This document shows, piece after piece, positions 1-8,889 of a DNA stretch of 31,902 bases. The notes under the pieces were generated by a model. It did no database searches and had not been told where the DNA came from. It worked only from the letters and a program-made list of their open reading frames with translations. The position numbers and the translations under genes are program-made. Origin of the DNA: a virus (taxonomy: Duplodnaviria; Heunggongvirae; Uroviricota; Caudoviricetes); the IMG/VR virus record IMGVR_UViG_2925939204_000002. The stretch is one strand, 5' to 3'. Numbering within the stretch: position 1 is the first letter of the stretch; each line of letters starts with the position of its first letter.

Positions 1-903
1 TTATGAAAGCATAGACCGTTTACCCTCCCTGGGTACGACGGAACAGGGGTCCTGATGGATAATTACATCCGATCCCGGAAAACGCCGTAAAATAGCCTGC
101 TCTACCTGATCCGCCACCATATGTGCCTGAACCAAAGGCAGAGAGTCTTCCATTTCCAAATGAATCTGAATAAAGCGGGTCGGCCCTGACTGCCGCGTGC
201 GAAGATCGTGAGCGCCGCTAACACCCGGCCAGGAAGTCACGATATCAATAATTTCTTGCCGTTCCTCATCAGGCAATGCGCGATCCAGTAATGACTGTAC
301 CGCCTCATATCCCATGCGTAACGCGCTATATAAAATATAGATGCCGATTCCCAATGCAAACAGAGCATCGGCGCGATGCCAGCCGTACCAGGACAACCCC
401 AGCGCCAGCAGAATTGCGCCGTTCATCATAACATCAGACTGGTAATGTAGCATATCAGCCCGCACCGCCTGGCTTTGCGTCCGGCGCACCACCCAACGCT
501 GAAACGAGACAAGGATAATCGTACAAATTAGCGCCACAATTGTCACGATAACCCCGACGCCTGGATCTGTCATCGGTGTTGGAGATATCAGATGTTGAAT
601 ACCCGTCAAAAACAGGAATAGTGCCGAACCGGAGATAAACATACTTTGCGCCAGCGCCGCGAGGGACTCTGCTTTACCGTGACCAAACGAGTGATTATCG
701 TCGGCAGGTTGCAGGGAATATCGCACCACCAGTAAATTCGTCAACGACGCGCCGATATCCACCAGCGAATCCACCAGCGCGGCGAGAATACTCACCGACC
801 CGGTATACCACCATGCAAAAATTTTAATCAGCAATAGCAACGAAGCCATCGCCGTCGCAGCAATCGCCGCCCGACTGACCAGCCGTCCATAAGATTGATT
901 CAT
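1..903 (-). CDS. fieF: Cation diffusion facilitator ferrous-iron/zinc efflux transporter FieF (YiiP); chromosomal flank
   Basis: ORF 1..921 translation from [17 protein letters not shown]... matches enterobacterial FieF as I recall it; multiple TM helices and the [14 protein letters not shown] motif; ATG at 903-901 gives about 300 aa. Confidence 0.9.
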
Positions 904-984
904 AAATACTCCCGCTATCAACTGACGCTAGTATAACGGAAGCAAATCATCTGCAATGCATTAAGCAGCAGGCAAATTGAGGAT

Positions 985-1011
985 AAAAAAAACCCCCACA
1001 TCATGTGGGGG
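985..1011 (-). terminator. Rho-independent terminator read on minus strand
   Basis: Perfect 8-bp stem cccccaca/tgtggggg (993-1000 and 1004-1011) with 3-nt loop, followed on the minus strand by a run of 8 U (plus-strand A-run 985-992). Confidence 0.6.
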
Positions 1012-1104
1012 AAGACAGGGATGGTGAAGAAATCCAGGCAGTAACACAATGGAATAAAAGGATTTATTCTAATCTTCGTCTACATTTTGACTACACTTCG
1101 ACAG

Positions 1105-1128
1105 AAAAAAGCCGGGCTTCTGCCCGGT
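1105..1128 (-). terminator. Rho-independent terminator downstream of the lipoprotein gene
   Basis: Stem gccgggc/gcccgg with loop ttct at 1111-1127, followed on the minus strand by 6 U; about 20 nt after the lipoprotein stop. Confidence 0.55.
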
Positions 1129-1156
1129 CTCTTCAAACATTTGCCTAAAACTTAAC

Positions 1157-1540
1157 CTATTGATCAGGGCCGCACTTCTTCGTATATTCGGCCATGTTTA
1201 CCTGTCCTGGGTCTGAATACAGTTGCTTGTTAAATACAGAGTAAGTTACCCCTTTTGAGAAGAACCCCTTCGACTTCATCGACAATTCCATTTCAAAAGG
1301 TGCAAAACCAGCATACGCACCAAACGCATTTTTGGCGTTTACCTGCCCGCAGACGTAACCGACAACAGCACCATCAGCAGCTTCGTCTTTCTGAACAAAA
1401 CGTACATACCTGAATTTCGCGCTATCAGGATCGCGCATACTTGAAGCAACTTCTTTCTGCCCCAACTCAACCGCTTTATCAGCACCGGGCTTACATCCAA
1501 CAAGGCTAAACAGCGCAAGTACCATGATTAACTTTTTCAT
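1157..1540 (-). CDS. Putative lipoprotein of unknown function, 127 aa (possible prophage moron)
   Basis: Internal ATG at 1540-1538 of ORF 1157..1783 gives MKKLIMVLALFSLVGC: signal peptide plus lipobox LVGC; purine-rich tract upstream; codon usage more AT-rich than neighbouring phage genes. The longer 208-aa form overlaps ogr and is rejected. Confidence 0.6.
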   Translation of the reverse strand: MKKLIMVLALFSLVGCKPGADKAVELGQKEVASSMRDPDSAKFRYVRFVQKDEAADGAVVGYVCGQVNAKNAFGAYAGFAPFEMELSMKSKGFFSKGVTYSVFNKQLYSDPGQVNMAEYTKKCGPDQ

Positions 1541-1603
1541 ATCCCTACCTTTTAAGCACCACTGTGAAAGTTGAAAAATAATATCAGGGGTAACAGGTAT
1601 AAG

Positions 1604-1632
1604 AAACCCGCCATGTAGGCGGGTTATTTTTA
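1604..1632. terminator. Hairpin terminator at the 3' end of ogr, possibly bidirectional
   Basis: aacccgcc-atgtag-ggcgggtt stem-loop (1604-1625) followed by atttttac on plus strand and by a weaker U tract on minus strand; overlaps the ogr stop codon. Confidence 0.45.
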
Positions 1633-1872
1633 CAGTGCCAGCGATAGCTGATCTTCGCCGTGGTGACTTCGTGGAAAAGCTTCTTGTGGCACCATCGCGC
1701 CGGGCGCTGGCTGGGTCTGGTTTAATGAACCGTCTATTTCCGTCATGCTGGTGAAACAGTACCCGCATAACATGTTTTGACACTGGTGATAGCTGCGCCG
1801 TACAAGCAAACTCAGCTCAACGCTGGTTCTGGTTTTTGCTATAGCACGGCAGCGAGGACAGCGCATTGCCAT
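1630..1872 (-). CDS. ogr: Ogr/Delta-family zinc-finger late transcription activator
   Basis: 80-aa product with CPRC ... HQCQNMLC Cys4 arrangement as in P2 Ogr; strong RBS aaggagg 6 nt upstream of ATG at 1872; sits downstream of D as in P2. Confidence 0.8.
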   Translation of the reverse strand: MAMRCPRCRAIAKTRTSVELSLLVRRSYHQCQNMLCGYCFTSMTEIDGSLNQTQPAPGAMVPQEAFPRSHHGEDQLSLAL

Positions 1873-1920
1873 ACGCGGGCCTCCTTTCAGGACTGGTTAA
1901 TATCAACGCAAGTATAACGC

Positions 1921-3039
1921 TTAAGACGTTGAATCGTCACTCTCCGCTGTCCAGTCGTCGATTTTTACTTCCAGTTCCAGCGACGTGGTAAACCCTCCCC
2001 CGCCAACATCGTGAACGCACCGTGTTATCGTCCAGCTTCCACTGTCGATCGTGGACTTAAACCCATAAACACTGGCTGGCTGTTCCGGGTACAAATCCGC
2101 GCGCCCACGCGCCAGGGTGATGCTGAACGTAGCCGCCCCGCGCTGCAACTCCCGCCACTTAGCCGCTGCGGCACGCTTTGCCGCCTTTTCCGTCTTGAAG
2201 GTTTTACGGATAACAAAAACGTTGCCTTCGGCCCCGGCCAGATAATCCCCTTCTTTTTTGCTTGATGCGGGTTCTTTCTTTTTGGCCTGGCTGGTTCGTC
2301 GCCTGCGGGTGGTTTTCTTCACGGTAGTGGATGGTTTCTTGCCAAAGTTGAGATCAAGCCAGTATGCAGTTACGCCCGTGTACGCGTCGCGGTCAGCTAC
2401 GTTAAACCGATGTTTATCACCGCTTGACCGGACTATCTCGATCACCGGCAGCGGCTTGCCGCTCTGCGTTACTCCCTTGCCCGGCGTGATAAACAGAAGC
2501 ATACCGTTTTTAATGGTTGCCACCGCGCCCAGCATTTCGGCCATGCGCGTTAAGAAGCTGATATCTGATTCACTCGTCTGATCGGCGTGATCTATCTCAA
2601 TCTTCGCCAGTTCTTCGCTGACGCCCGCACGCAGATCGTAACGGCTGGCAATGCTGGCAACCACATCCCCCACGGTAATATCGTGCCAGCTATATTCCCT
2701 CTTCACGTTAAAGGTATCGCGGAAATCTGCGCTTCTGGCACTGATCGTTAGCTGGTCAGGCGGGCCAGAGTGTCCGATCTCGTCAACCGTATACACGCCC
2801 TTAAAAACCAATGGATCATTATCCCAGCCCAGCGCCACCGATATCTTTGCGCCGCGTGATGGTAAGGCTACCTGCCCGTCTGCATCATCCAGAGTCAGAT
2901 CCAGCGTGTCCGCTTCAAAGCCCCGGTTATCTGTCAGGGAAAGGGAGATCAGCCGGTTATCCAGCGCCGTAAGCTGCTTACCTTCAATCTCAATACTGAA
3001 CGCCGGGCGCGGCGAATATCGGTTTTCTGTCGTGTCCAT
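1921..3039 (-). CDS. Phage late control / tail protein D (P2 gpD family)
   Basis: 372-aa product, N-terminus MDTTENRYSPRPAFSIEIEGKQLTALDNRL typical of gpD; position next to ogr. Confidence 0.85.
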   Translation of the reverse strand: MDTTENRYSPRPAFSIEIEGKQLTALDNRLISLSLTDNRGFEADTLDLTLDDADGQVALPSRGAKISVALGWDNDPLVFKGVYTVDEIGHSGPPDQLTISARSADFRDTFNVKREYSWHDITVGDVVASIASRYDLRAGVSEELAKIEIDHADQTSESDISFLTRMAEMLGAVATIKNGMLLFITPGKGVTQSGKPLPVIEIVRSSGDKHRFNVADRDAYTGVTAYWLDLNFGKKPSTTVKKTTRRRRTSQAKKKEPASSKKEGDYLAGAEGNVFVIRKTFKTEKAAKRAAAAKWRELQRGAATFSITLARGRADLYPEQPASVYGFKSTIDSGSWTITRCVHDVGGGGFTTSLELEVKIDDWTAESDDSTS

Positions 3040-3106
3040 ATCAACCCCTTCATCATGATGGGGTACATCGTCGCCACGCGCGCGCGCATGAACAACGCCC
3101 CGTCAT

Positions 3107-3124
3107 TGTTGCAGGTTGCTGACA
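3107..3124. promoter_or_regulatory. Candidate Ogr-binding dyad (TGT-N12-ACA) of a late promoter between D and FI
   Basis: tgt tgcaggttgctg aca is an exact TGT-N12-ACA; centre about 3115, roughly 55 bp from the expected FI start site and symmetrically placed relative to D. Confidence 0.45.
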
Positions 3125-3196
3125 ACCCTTATCCATCGCATCGGCCCGCCATTGCCGCAATGATATTCGCAGTCATTAAACTGGCGAGGCAAATAC

Positions 3197-4390
3197 ATGG
3201 CCACTAACTACCATCACGGTGTAACCGTCACGGAAACCACCGACCTTAGCACGATGATCACCGACATTGATTCGGCGGTGATCGGCGTTGTCTGCACCGC
3301 TGATGATGCGGACGAAACAGCGTTCCCGCTGGATACCCCTGTACTGATTACCCGCGTGGCTAACATGCTGGGCAAGGCAGGTAAAACCGGCACCCTGTTT
3401 ACCACCCTGAAAGCGATTTCAGACCAGACCAGCCCGCAAACCATTGTGATCCGCGTTGCTGATGCTGCAAATATCGAACCGCCAGAAGGCGGCACCGCAC
3501 AGACCCAGGATCAACTGGTTATTGGCGGCACCGATGCAAACGGGCGCTTTACCGGCATGTACGCGCTGCTGTCTGCCGAAATGCGCGTAGGTGTGCGCCC
3601 GCGTGTACTGGCTGTTCCAGGGCTTGATACGGAAGCGGTAGCCGCACAACTCGGCGTCATTGCCGAAAAGCTGCGCGCGTTTGCTTACGTGGCAGCGAAC
3701 GGTTGCAACACAATCGCCGAAGTGAAGGAATACCGCGAGCAATTCTCCCAGCGTGAAATGATGGTTATCTGGCCTAATTTCATCTGCTACGACACCAACG
3801 CCGGGGCTAATGCCACCGTGCCCGTGGGTGCCCATGCTGTTGGGATGCGAGCCAAAATCGACGCAACGCAGGGCTGGCATAAAACCATTTCCAACGTGCC
3901 CGTTAATAACGTGCTGGGGATGGATCGGGATATCTATTTCACGTTGCAGGGCACCGATACCGACGCCGACGAACTGAACGCAGCAGGCGTTACCACGCTG
4001 ATCAAGCAGGACGGCTACCGCATCTGGGGATCGCGTACCTGCGACGCGGAAACGTATATCTTCGAAAGCTATACCCGAACCGCGCAGATAGTTGCGGATA
4101 CCGTCGCCGAAGCCCATTTCGCCTATGTTGATAAACCGCTTACCCCGTCGCTGGTAAAGGACATTGTGGACGGCATCAATAAGAAGCTGACCTCATACGT
4201 GACGGCTGGCAAGCTGCTGGGCGCCCGCTGCTGGTATGACCCGGAACCGAATACCTCGGAAACCCTGCGCAATGGTCAACTGACCATTAAGTACAACTAC
4301 ACCCCTGTTCCACCGCTGGAAAATCTCAGCCTGGTACAGGAGTTCACCGACGAATATTTCGCTACGTTTTCCAGCGCAGTGAATAACTAA
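3197..4390 (+). CDS. Contractile tail sheath protein (P2 gpFI family)
   Basis: 397-aa product, size and N-terminus MATNYHHGVTVTETTDLS consistent with gpFI; followed by tube gene. Confidence 0.9.
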   Translation: MATNYHHGVTVTETTDLSTMITDIDSAVIGVVCTADDADETAFPLDTPVLITRVANMLGKAGKTGTLFTTLKAISDQTSPQTIVIRVADAANIEPPEGGTAQTQDQLVIGGTDANGRFTGMYALLSAEMRVGVRPRVLAVPGLDTEAVAAQLGVIAEKLRAFAYVAANGCNTIAEVKEYREQFSQREMMVIWPNFICYDTNAGANATVPVGAHAVGMRAKIDATQGWHKTISNVPVNNVLGMDRDIYFTLQGTDTDADELNAAGVTTLIKQDGYRIWGSRTCDAETYIFESYTRTAQIVADTVAEAHFAYVDKPLTPSLVKDIVDGINKKLTSYVTAGKLLGARCWYDPEPNTSETLRNGQLTIKYNYTPVPPLENLSLVQEFTDEYFATFSSAVNN

Positions 4391-4402
4391 CCGGGGGCGC
4401 TT

Positions 4403-4918
4403 ATGGCACTGCCTAAGAAACTCAAATATTTCAATATGTTCTTTGACGGGGATAACTACTTCGGCATGGTGCCGGAAATCACCCCCGCCAAACTCACCAA
4501 AAAAACCGAAGACTACCAGGCGGGTGGTATGCCAGGTTCGGTTGCGGTGGATCTTGGCTTCGACGCTGGCGCCCTGGATATGGATATCACGCTTGGCGGT
4601 CTGGATGCCGGATTGCTGAAAAAATGGGGCGTTACCACTGCGGACGGGATGCAAACACGTTTTGCTGGCTCCTATCAGGACGACGCAACCGGCGACGCTG
4701 TACCGTGCGAAATCCAGACGCGTGGCCGCTTCACTGAACTGGATCCCGGTTCGGCAAAAGTCGGGGATGACACTTCGCATAAGTACACCCTGAAAAACAC
4801 CTATTACAAGCTGACCATCAACGGCGAAGAGATTATCGAAGTTGATGTGCTCAACATGATCTACAAAGTTGCCGGTGTGGATGTGCTGGAAAAACACCGC
4901 GCTAACATCGGCCTATAA
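4403..4918 (+). CDS. Tail tube protein (P2 gpFII family)
   Basis: 171-aa product MALPKKLKYFNMFFDGDNYFG, size and position match gpFII. Confidence 0.9.
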   Translation: MALPKKLKYFNMFFDGDNYFGMVPEITPAKLTKKTEDYQAGGMPGSVAVDLGFDAGALDMDITLGGLDAGLLKKWGVTTADGMQTRFAGSYQDDATGDAVPCEIQTRGRFTELDPGSAKVGDDTSHKYTLKNTYYKLTINGEEIIEVDVLNMIYKVAGVDVLEKHRANIGL

Positions 4919-4932
4919 GGAAACCCGGCACC

Positions 4933-5268
4933 ATGAGCAAAACCAAAGAAAACACCGTTATTCTTACCGCCCCTATTACGCGCGGTAAGACCAAAATCAC
5001 CGAAGTGGCGATCACTTCCATGCTTAAACAGGCTGGATCACTGCGCGGCTTAAAAGCCTATGACGTGCTGACTTCCAACTATGACGCGCTGGTTATTCTG
5101 CTGCCCCGCGTTACCGCTCCGGCACTAACCGCCGATGAGATTGCCCGTATGGATACCTGGGATTTTTGCCAGCTAGCCAACGCGGTGGTTGATTTTTTGC
5201 AACCCTCTTCGGATCTGACCGCGACGGATACGGGCAACGAATCATCCGATGCCCCTGCGAACGCATAG
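4933..5268 (+). CDS. Tail assembly chaperone gpE (in-frame product)
   Basis: 111-aa ORF directly upstream of the tape measure gene; contains a slippery heptamer. Confidence 0.75.
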   Translation: MSKTKENTVILTAPITRGKTKITEVAITSMLKQAGSLRGLKAYDVLTSNYDALVILLPRVTAPALTADEIARMDTWDFCQLANAVVDFLQPSSDLTATDTGNESSDAPANA

Positions 5269-5393
5269 AAGACCTGATGGCAGATATCGCCGTCATATTC
5301 CACTGGCGGCCGGTAGAGATGGACGCCATGACGGTACAGGAAATACTGTTATGGCGTGATCAGGCGGCTGCGCGCAGTGGTGGAGATCACTAA
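4933..5393 (+). CDS. Tail assembly chaperone gpE+E' made by programmed -1 frameshift
   Basis: The -1 frame after the slippery site stays open to TAA at 5391-5393, immediately before the T start; expected from the conserved E/E' (lambda G/GT-like) arrangement. Confidence 0.6.
5193..5199 (+). promoter_or_regulatory. Slippery heptamer TTTTTTG for the gpE/E' -1 ribosomal frameshift
   Basis: T TTT TTG in the E reading frame at 5193-5199; the -1 frame is open from here to 5393. Confidence 0.55.
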
Positions 5394-8321
5394 ATGGCAG
5401 ACCGCAATTTAAATATCAGGGTGGCATTCAGCGCCCTGAATAATATGTCCCGCCCTGTCAACGCGGCGCGCCAGAGTGCCGCCGCGTTGGCGTCTCAAAT
5501 CAACCAGACTAAAACCAGCATTAAAGGGCTTGAGCGTCAGGCAACCAGCTTTGACCGCCTCACCGCAGCCAATAAAAAAACCACCGAACAACTGGCCCAG
5601 GCGAAAGAACAGGCCCGGCAAATGGCGGCGGCTTATGGCCCGTTACGCCAGCGCAGCGCCGAACAAGTTGCCGCCCTCAATCAGCAACGTGCAGCCATTC
5701 GCCAGTTAACCCAGCAGCAGAAAGGCGAGCAGACGCAGCTTAACCAGTTGCGGGCCAGCTTCTACAGCGAAGGCATTGCGATCAGCAGCGCCAGCCGGGC
5801 GACGGAACAGATCAACCAGCGCACCGCGCAATACAACCGCCAGCTTGCTGAACAGCAACGACGGCTTGACGCTGTTAACCAGGCGCAGGCCCGTTACAGC
5901 CGCGCCAAAGAAACCGGCGAAAAGATGATGAGCGGGGGAATGAAAACCGCCGCAGTAGGGGCGGCAACACTCGTACCTGTCGCCGCTGCGGTGAAATCCT
6001 ACAGCAGCCTCGAAGACGCGATGAAGGGCGTAGCCAAACAGGTAAATGGCTTACGTGACGACAGCGGCAACCGCACCCCGCAGTATGAAGAAATGCAGCG
6101 GGCGATCATGGATGCCAGCGAAAAGCTGCCAATGGCTAACGGTGCTGTTGACTATGCCGCCCTGGTCGAAGGCGGCGCGCGTATGGGCGTCGCAAACAGC
6201 GATGATCCCTGGCAAAAGCAAAAAGCCGATCTGCTGTCTTTTGCCAGCATGGCGGCAAAAGCTTCGGTAGCCTTTGAACTGCCCGCCGATCAGCTTTCTG
6301 AAAGCCTGGGGAAAATTGCCGGGCTGTATAAAATCCCCACCCAGAATATTGAACAGTTAGGCGACGCCATAAACTACCTGGACGATAACGCGAAGTCGAA
6401 AGGCTCCGATATTATCGACGTACTCCAGCGCGTTGGTGGGCTTGCCAGCCAACTGGATTACAAGCAAGCCGCCGCGCTAGGTTCCACCTTTCTGACGCTC
6501 GGCACCCCTGCCGAAGTTGCCGCCAGCGCCACCAATGCAATGGTGCGCGAACTCTCAATCGCTACGGTTCAGGGCAAAAACTTTATGCAGGGTCTGGACG
6601 CCCTCGGCCTCAGCGCCGAAAAAGTTCAGAAGAGCATGTCAGTGGACGCGATGGGCACAATCATTTCAGTGCTGGAAGCGTCCAAAAAACTGGCCCCGGA
6701 TCAGCAGGTAGCCAACCTTACCCAGATTTTTGGCAAAGAGTTCGGCGATGATGCGCAGAAACTTGCCAACAACCTGCCCGAACTACGCCGCCAGATAGAA
6801 CTGACGCAGGGCGCAGCCGCTAAAGGTTCCATGAATAGGGAGTCTGATATCAATAAAGCTTCCCTTTCTGCTCAATGGCAACTGACAAAAACCGGCGCGG
6901 TTAACGCATTCAGTTCAGCAGGTGAAACCCTTCGCGATCCGCTGATGGATATCATGCTTACCGTCAGTAAGGTGGTTGGCAGCGTCCGCCGCTGGGTGGA
7001 GGCAAACCCAGCGCTGGTTGGTTCAATCATGAAAGTCACCGCAGCCATAGGCGCTTTGCTGGTTGTCATGGGTGGCCTGATGCTGTCCATCGGCGCAGTA
7101 CTTGGCCCAATGGCACTTGTTCGCCTCAGCTTCACCTCGCTGGCCGGGGAAGGAGGAATAGCGCGTCTGACTGGCGGAGTAATGCGCCTGGGTGGTGCGT
7201 TCCAGTGGCTTGCTGGCTCGCCTATGCAGGCATTGTTAAGCGCCGGTCGCATGGTATTCGGCCCGCTTATCACGCTACTGGCTGGCATTTCTGCGCCCGT
7301 CTGGGGGCTGATTGCTCTCTTTGCTGCGGTAGCAGTGGCCGTAATTAAATTCTGGCAACCGATTAAGGCATTTTTCAGCGGCTTCTTTACCGGTCTGATG
7401 GCTGGCCTTCAACCAATAACGCAGTCGTTTAACGCCGTATTCGCACCACTGGCCCCGATTTTTAACAGTATCGGCAACGCGATCAGCGGCGTCTGGGAAT
7501 GGTTTACCAAACTACTGGAGCCGATCCAGTTTTCCAGTGAAGCGCTGGCATCCTGCACCAGTGCAGGGGAAACCTTCGGTAAGGTGGTTGGGGCCACAAT
7601 CAGCGCGCTGACGCTTCCCATTCAGGCCGTAGCCAAAGGGCTGGGCTGGATTCTGGAAAAGCTGGGCGCCATTCCCGACGCAGCGAAAGCAGCGCAGCAG
7701 GTTGCGCAGCAAATGACGCCGGAAGCGGTAAACAATCTGGCAGACCGGGTTAACGCCTTTTCCGGTGACGTGCAGGCAGTCGCGAAGGAAAGCAAAAAAG
7801 CCGAAGAGAAAAAGAAAACCGATGAGCAGAAGAAACAGGACAACCTGATTAACTCGCTCAAAGGCCCGGCCAACATCGTGCCGAAGATGAGCAACAGCCT
7901 GGACAAGATCGCCACCAATACCACGGAGAAGAAAGACGGCCCCGGCGAAATTGTCTTCAAGAATAAGCAGCCCTATATCCCGATCCGTGGCGGATATTCG
8001 GAACCGCTTAAGCAGGCGCAGCGCCAGCTACCATCCCTTACCGATTGGGTGACGCAGCAGGCCGGATCGCTGATCGCTTCCGTTACGCCTTGGCAGGTTG
8101 AGAAGCCCGCCGCACGGATGCCTGTTTCGGCGTCTCCGTCTGCGGCTTCCGTCGCTGCGCTGATGCCTGCTCCGGGTGGCGATGTATATAACCTTAACTT
8201 CGACTTTAGCGGCCAGAAACTGGATGAAGAAACCATTATCAGGCGCGTGCGCGAAGAACTTGCGTTAGCGAAGCAACAGGCCGACCGGCGCAAGCGCTCC
8301 CAACTGACCGATCACGTCTAA
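5394..8321 (+). CDS. Tail tape measure protein (P2 gpT family)
   Basis: 975-aa product with coiled-coil N-terminal third, hydrophobic Gly/Ala-rich central segments and charged C-terminus; follows E/E'. Confidence 0.9.
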   Translation: MADRNLNIRVAFSALNNMSRPVNAARQSAAALASQINQTKTSIKGLERQATSFDRLTAANKKTTEQLAQAKEQARQMAAAYGPLRQRSAEQVAALNQQRAAIRQLTQQQKGEQTQLNQLRASFYSEGIAISSASRATEQINQRTAQYNRQLAEQQRRLDAVNQAQARYSRAKETGEKMMSGGMKTAAVGAATLVPVAAAVKSYSSLEDAMKGVAKQVNGLRDDSGNRTPQYEEMQRAIMDASEKLPMANGAVDYAALVEGGARMGVANSDDPWQKQKADLLSFASMAAKASVAFELPADQLSESLGKIAGLYKIPTQNIEQLGDAINYLDDNAKSKGSDIIDVLQRVGGLASQLDYKQAAALGSTFLTLGTPAEVAASATNAMVRELSIATVQGKNFMQGLDALGLSAEKVQKSMSVDAMGTIISVLEASKKLAPDQQVANLTQIFGKEFGDDAQKLANNLPELRRQIELTQGAAAKGSMNRESDINKASLSAQWQLTKTGAVNAFSSAGETLRDPLMDIMLTVSKVVGSVRRWVEANPALVGSIMKVTAAIGALLVVMGGLMLSIGAVLGPMALVRLSFTSLAGEGGIARLTGGVMRLGGAFQWLAGSPMQALLSAGRMVFGPLITLLAGISAPVWGLIALFAAVAVAVIKFWQPIKAFFSGFFTGLMAGLQPITQSFNAVFAPLAPIFNSIGNAISGVWEWFTKLLEPIQFSSEALASCTSAGETFGKVVGATISALTLPIQAVAKGLGWILEKLGAIPDAAKAAQQVAQQMTPEAVNNLADRVNAFSGDVQAVAKESKKAEEKKKTDEQKKQDNLINSLKGPANIVPKMSNSLDKIATNTTEKKDGPGEIVFKNKQPYIPIRGGYSEPLKQAQRQLPSLTDWVTQQAGSLIASVTPWQVEKPAARMPVSASPSAASVAALMPAPGGDVYNLNFDFSGQKLDEETIIRRVREELALAKQQADRRKRSQLTDHV

Positions 8322-8330
8322 GGCAATATC

Positions 8331-8780
8331 ATGATGATGATTCTGGGGATGTTCCCCTTTTCACTGCAAACCACACCTTACCAGAGTGCGAATAAAACCA
8401 ACTCCTGGCGGCACGTCAAAAACGATCGCGTGGGGAAATCCCCGCGCTATCAGTTCATCGGCGCAGATGAAGAACCGTTCGTACTCAGCGGCACGCTGTA
8501 CCCCGAAATAAGCGGCGGTGATGTGTCGCTTGTCATGCTGGAAACTATGGCTTTTTCCGGGCGCCCGTGGCCCCTGATAGAAGGCACGGGCAGGATCTAC
8601 GGCATGTATGTAATTGAGCAGATCACGCAAAACCGGACGGAGTTTTTTAAGGACGGGAAGGCAAAGAAAATTGATTTCACGCTCAACCTGAAACGGGTAA
8701 GCGAGGACATACGGGAAAAGCTGGCTGAAACCACTACCGACGATCTCTTCTCTCTGGTGAAAACCAACCTTTCGATATAA
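8331..8780 (+). CDS. Tail protein U (P2 gpU family)
   Basis: 149-aa product immediately after T; N-terminus MMMILGMFPF. Confidence 0.8.
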   Translation: MMMILGMFPFSLQTTPYQSANKTNSWRHVKNDRVGKSPRYQFIGADEEPFVLSGTLYPEISGGDVSLVMLETMAFSGRPWPLIEGTGRIYGMYVIEQITQNRTEFFKDGKAKKIDFTLNLKRVSEDIREKLAETTTDDLFSLVKTNLSI

Positions 8781-8784
8781 GAAA

Positions 8785-8811
8785 AGCGGGCCATTGCCCG
8801 CTTCGTCTTCC
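8785..8811 (+). terminator. Candidate terminator of the tail operon
   Basis: agcgggc-catt-gcccgct hairpin starting 5 nt after the U stop, followed by a U/C-rich tract. Confidence 0.45.
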
Positions 8812-8832
8812 GTAATACACAACCATAACTGA

Positions 8833-8889
8833 CCGTGCTACAGCACCGTTAAAAGTGACCGTACTCGATACACACGGCCAGCACGGTTA
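8833..8889. repeat. Copy A of a ~57-bp structured intergenic repeat
   Basis: 42 of 48 core positions identical to 15461-15508, plus cgtgct upstream; contains 12-bp palindrome gtgct-ac-agcac and conserved tcgatacacacggccagcacggtta; abuts the invertase stop. Confidence 0.5.

Noticed and set aside
1157-1783. 208-aa minus-strand ORF extending the lipoprotein upstream across the ogr terminator and into ogr
   Set aside because: The N-terminal extension is Arg/Ser-rich with no RBS, overlaps the Ogr coding frame and terminator; the internal ATG at 1540 gives a canonical signal peptide and lipobox start.
1826-1850. ggtttttgctat sequence inside ogr resembling a hix/gix half-site
   Set aside because: Only one half-site matches, it lies within a coding region with no dyad partner; judged to be chance.
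3214-8293. Numerous antisense or out-of-frame ORFs of 60-230 aa inside FI, FII, T and other structural genes (for example 3419..4117, 4193..4897, 6872..7288, 7622..7960)
   Set aside because: Fully nested within well-supported genes, with low-complexity or Arg/Pro/Gly-rich translations typical of spurious ORFs in GC-rich DNA.
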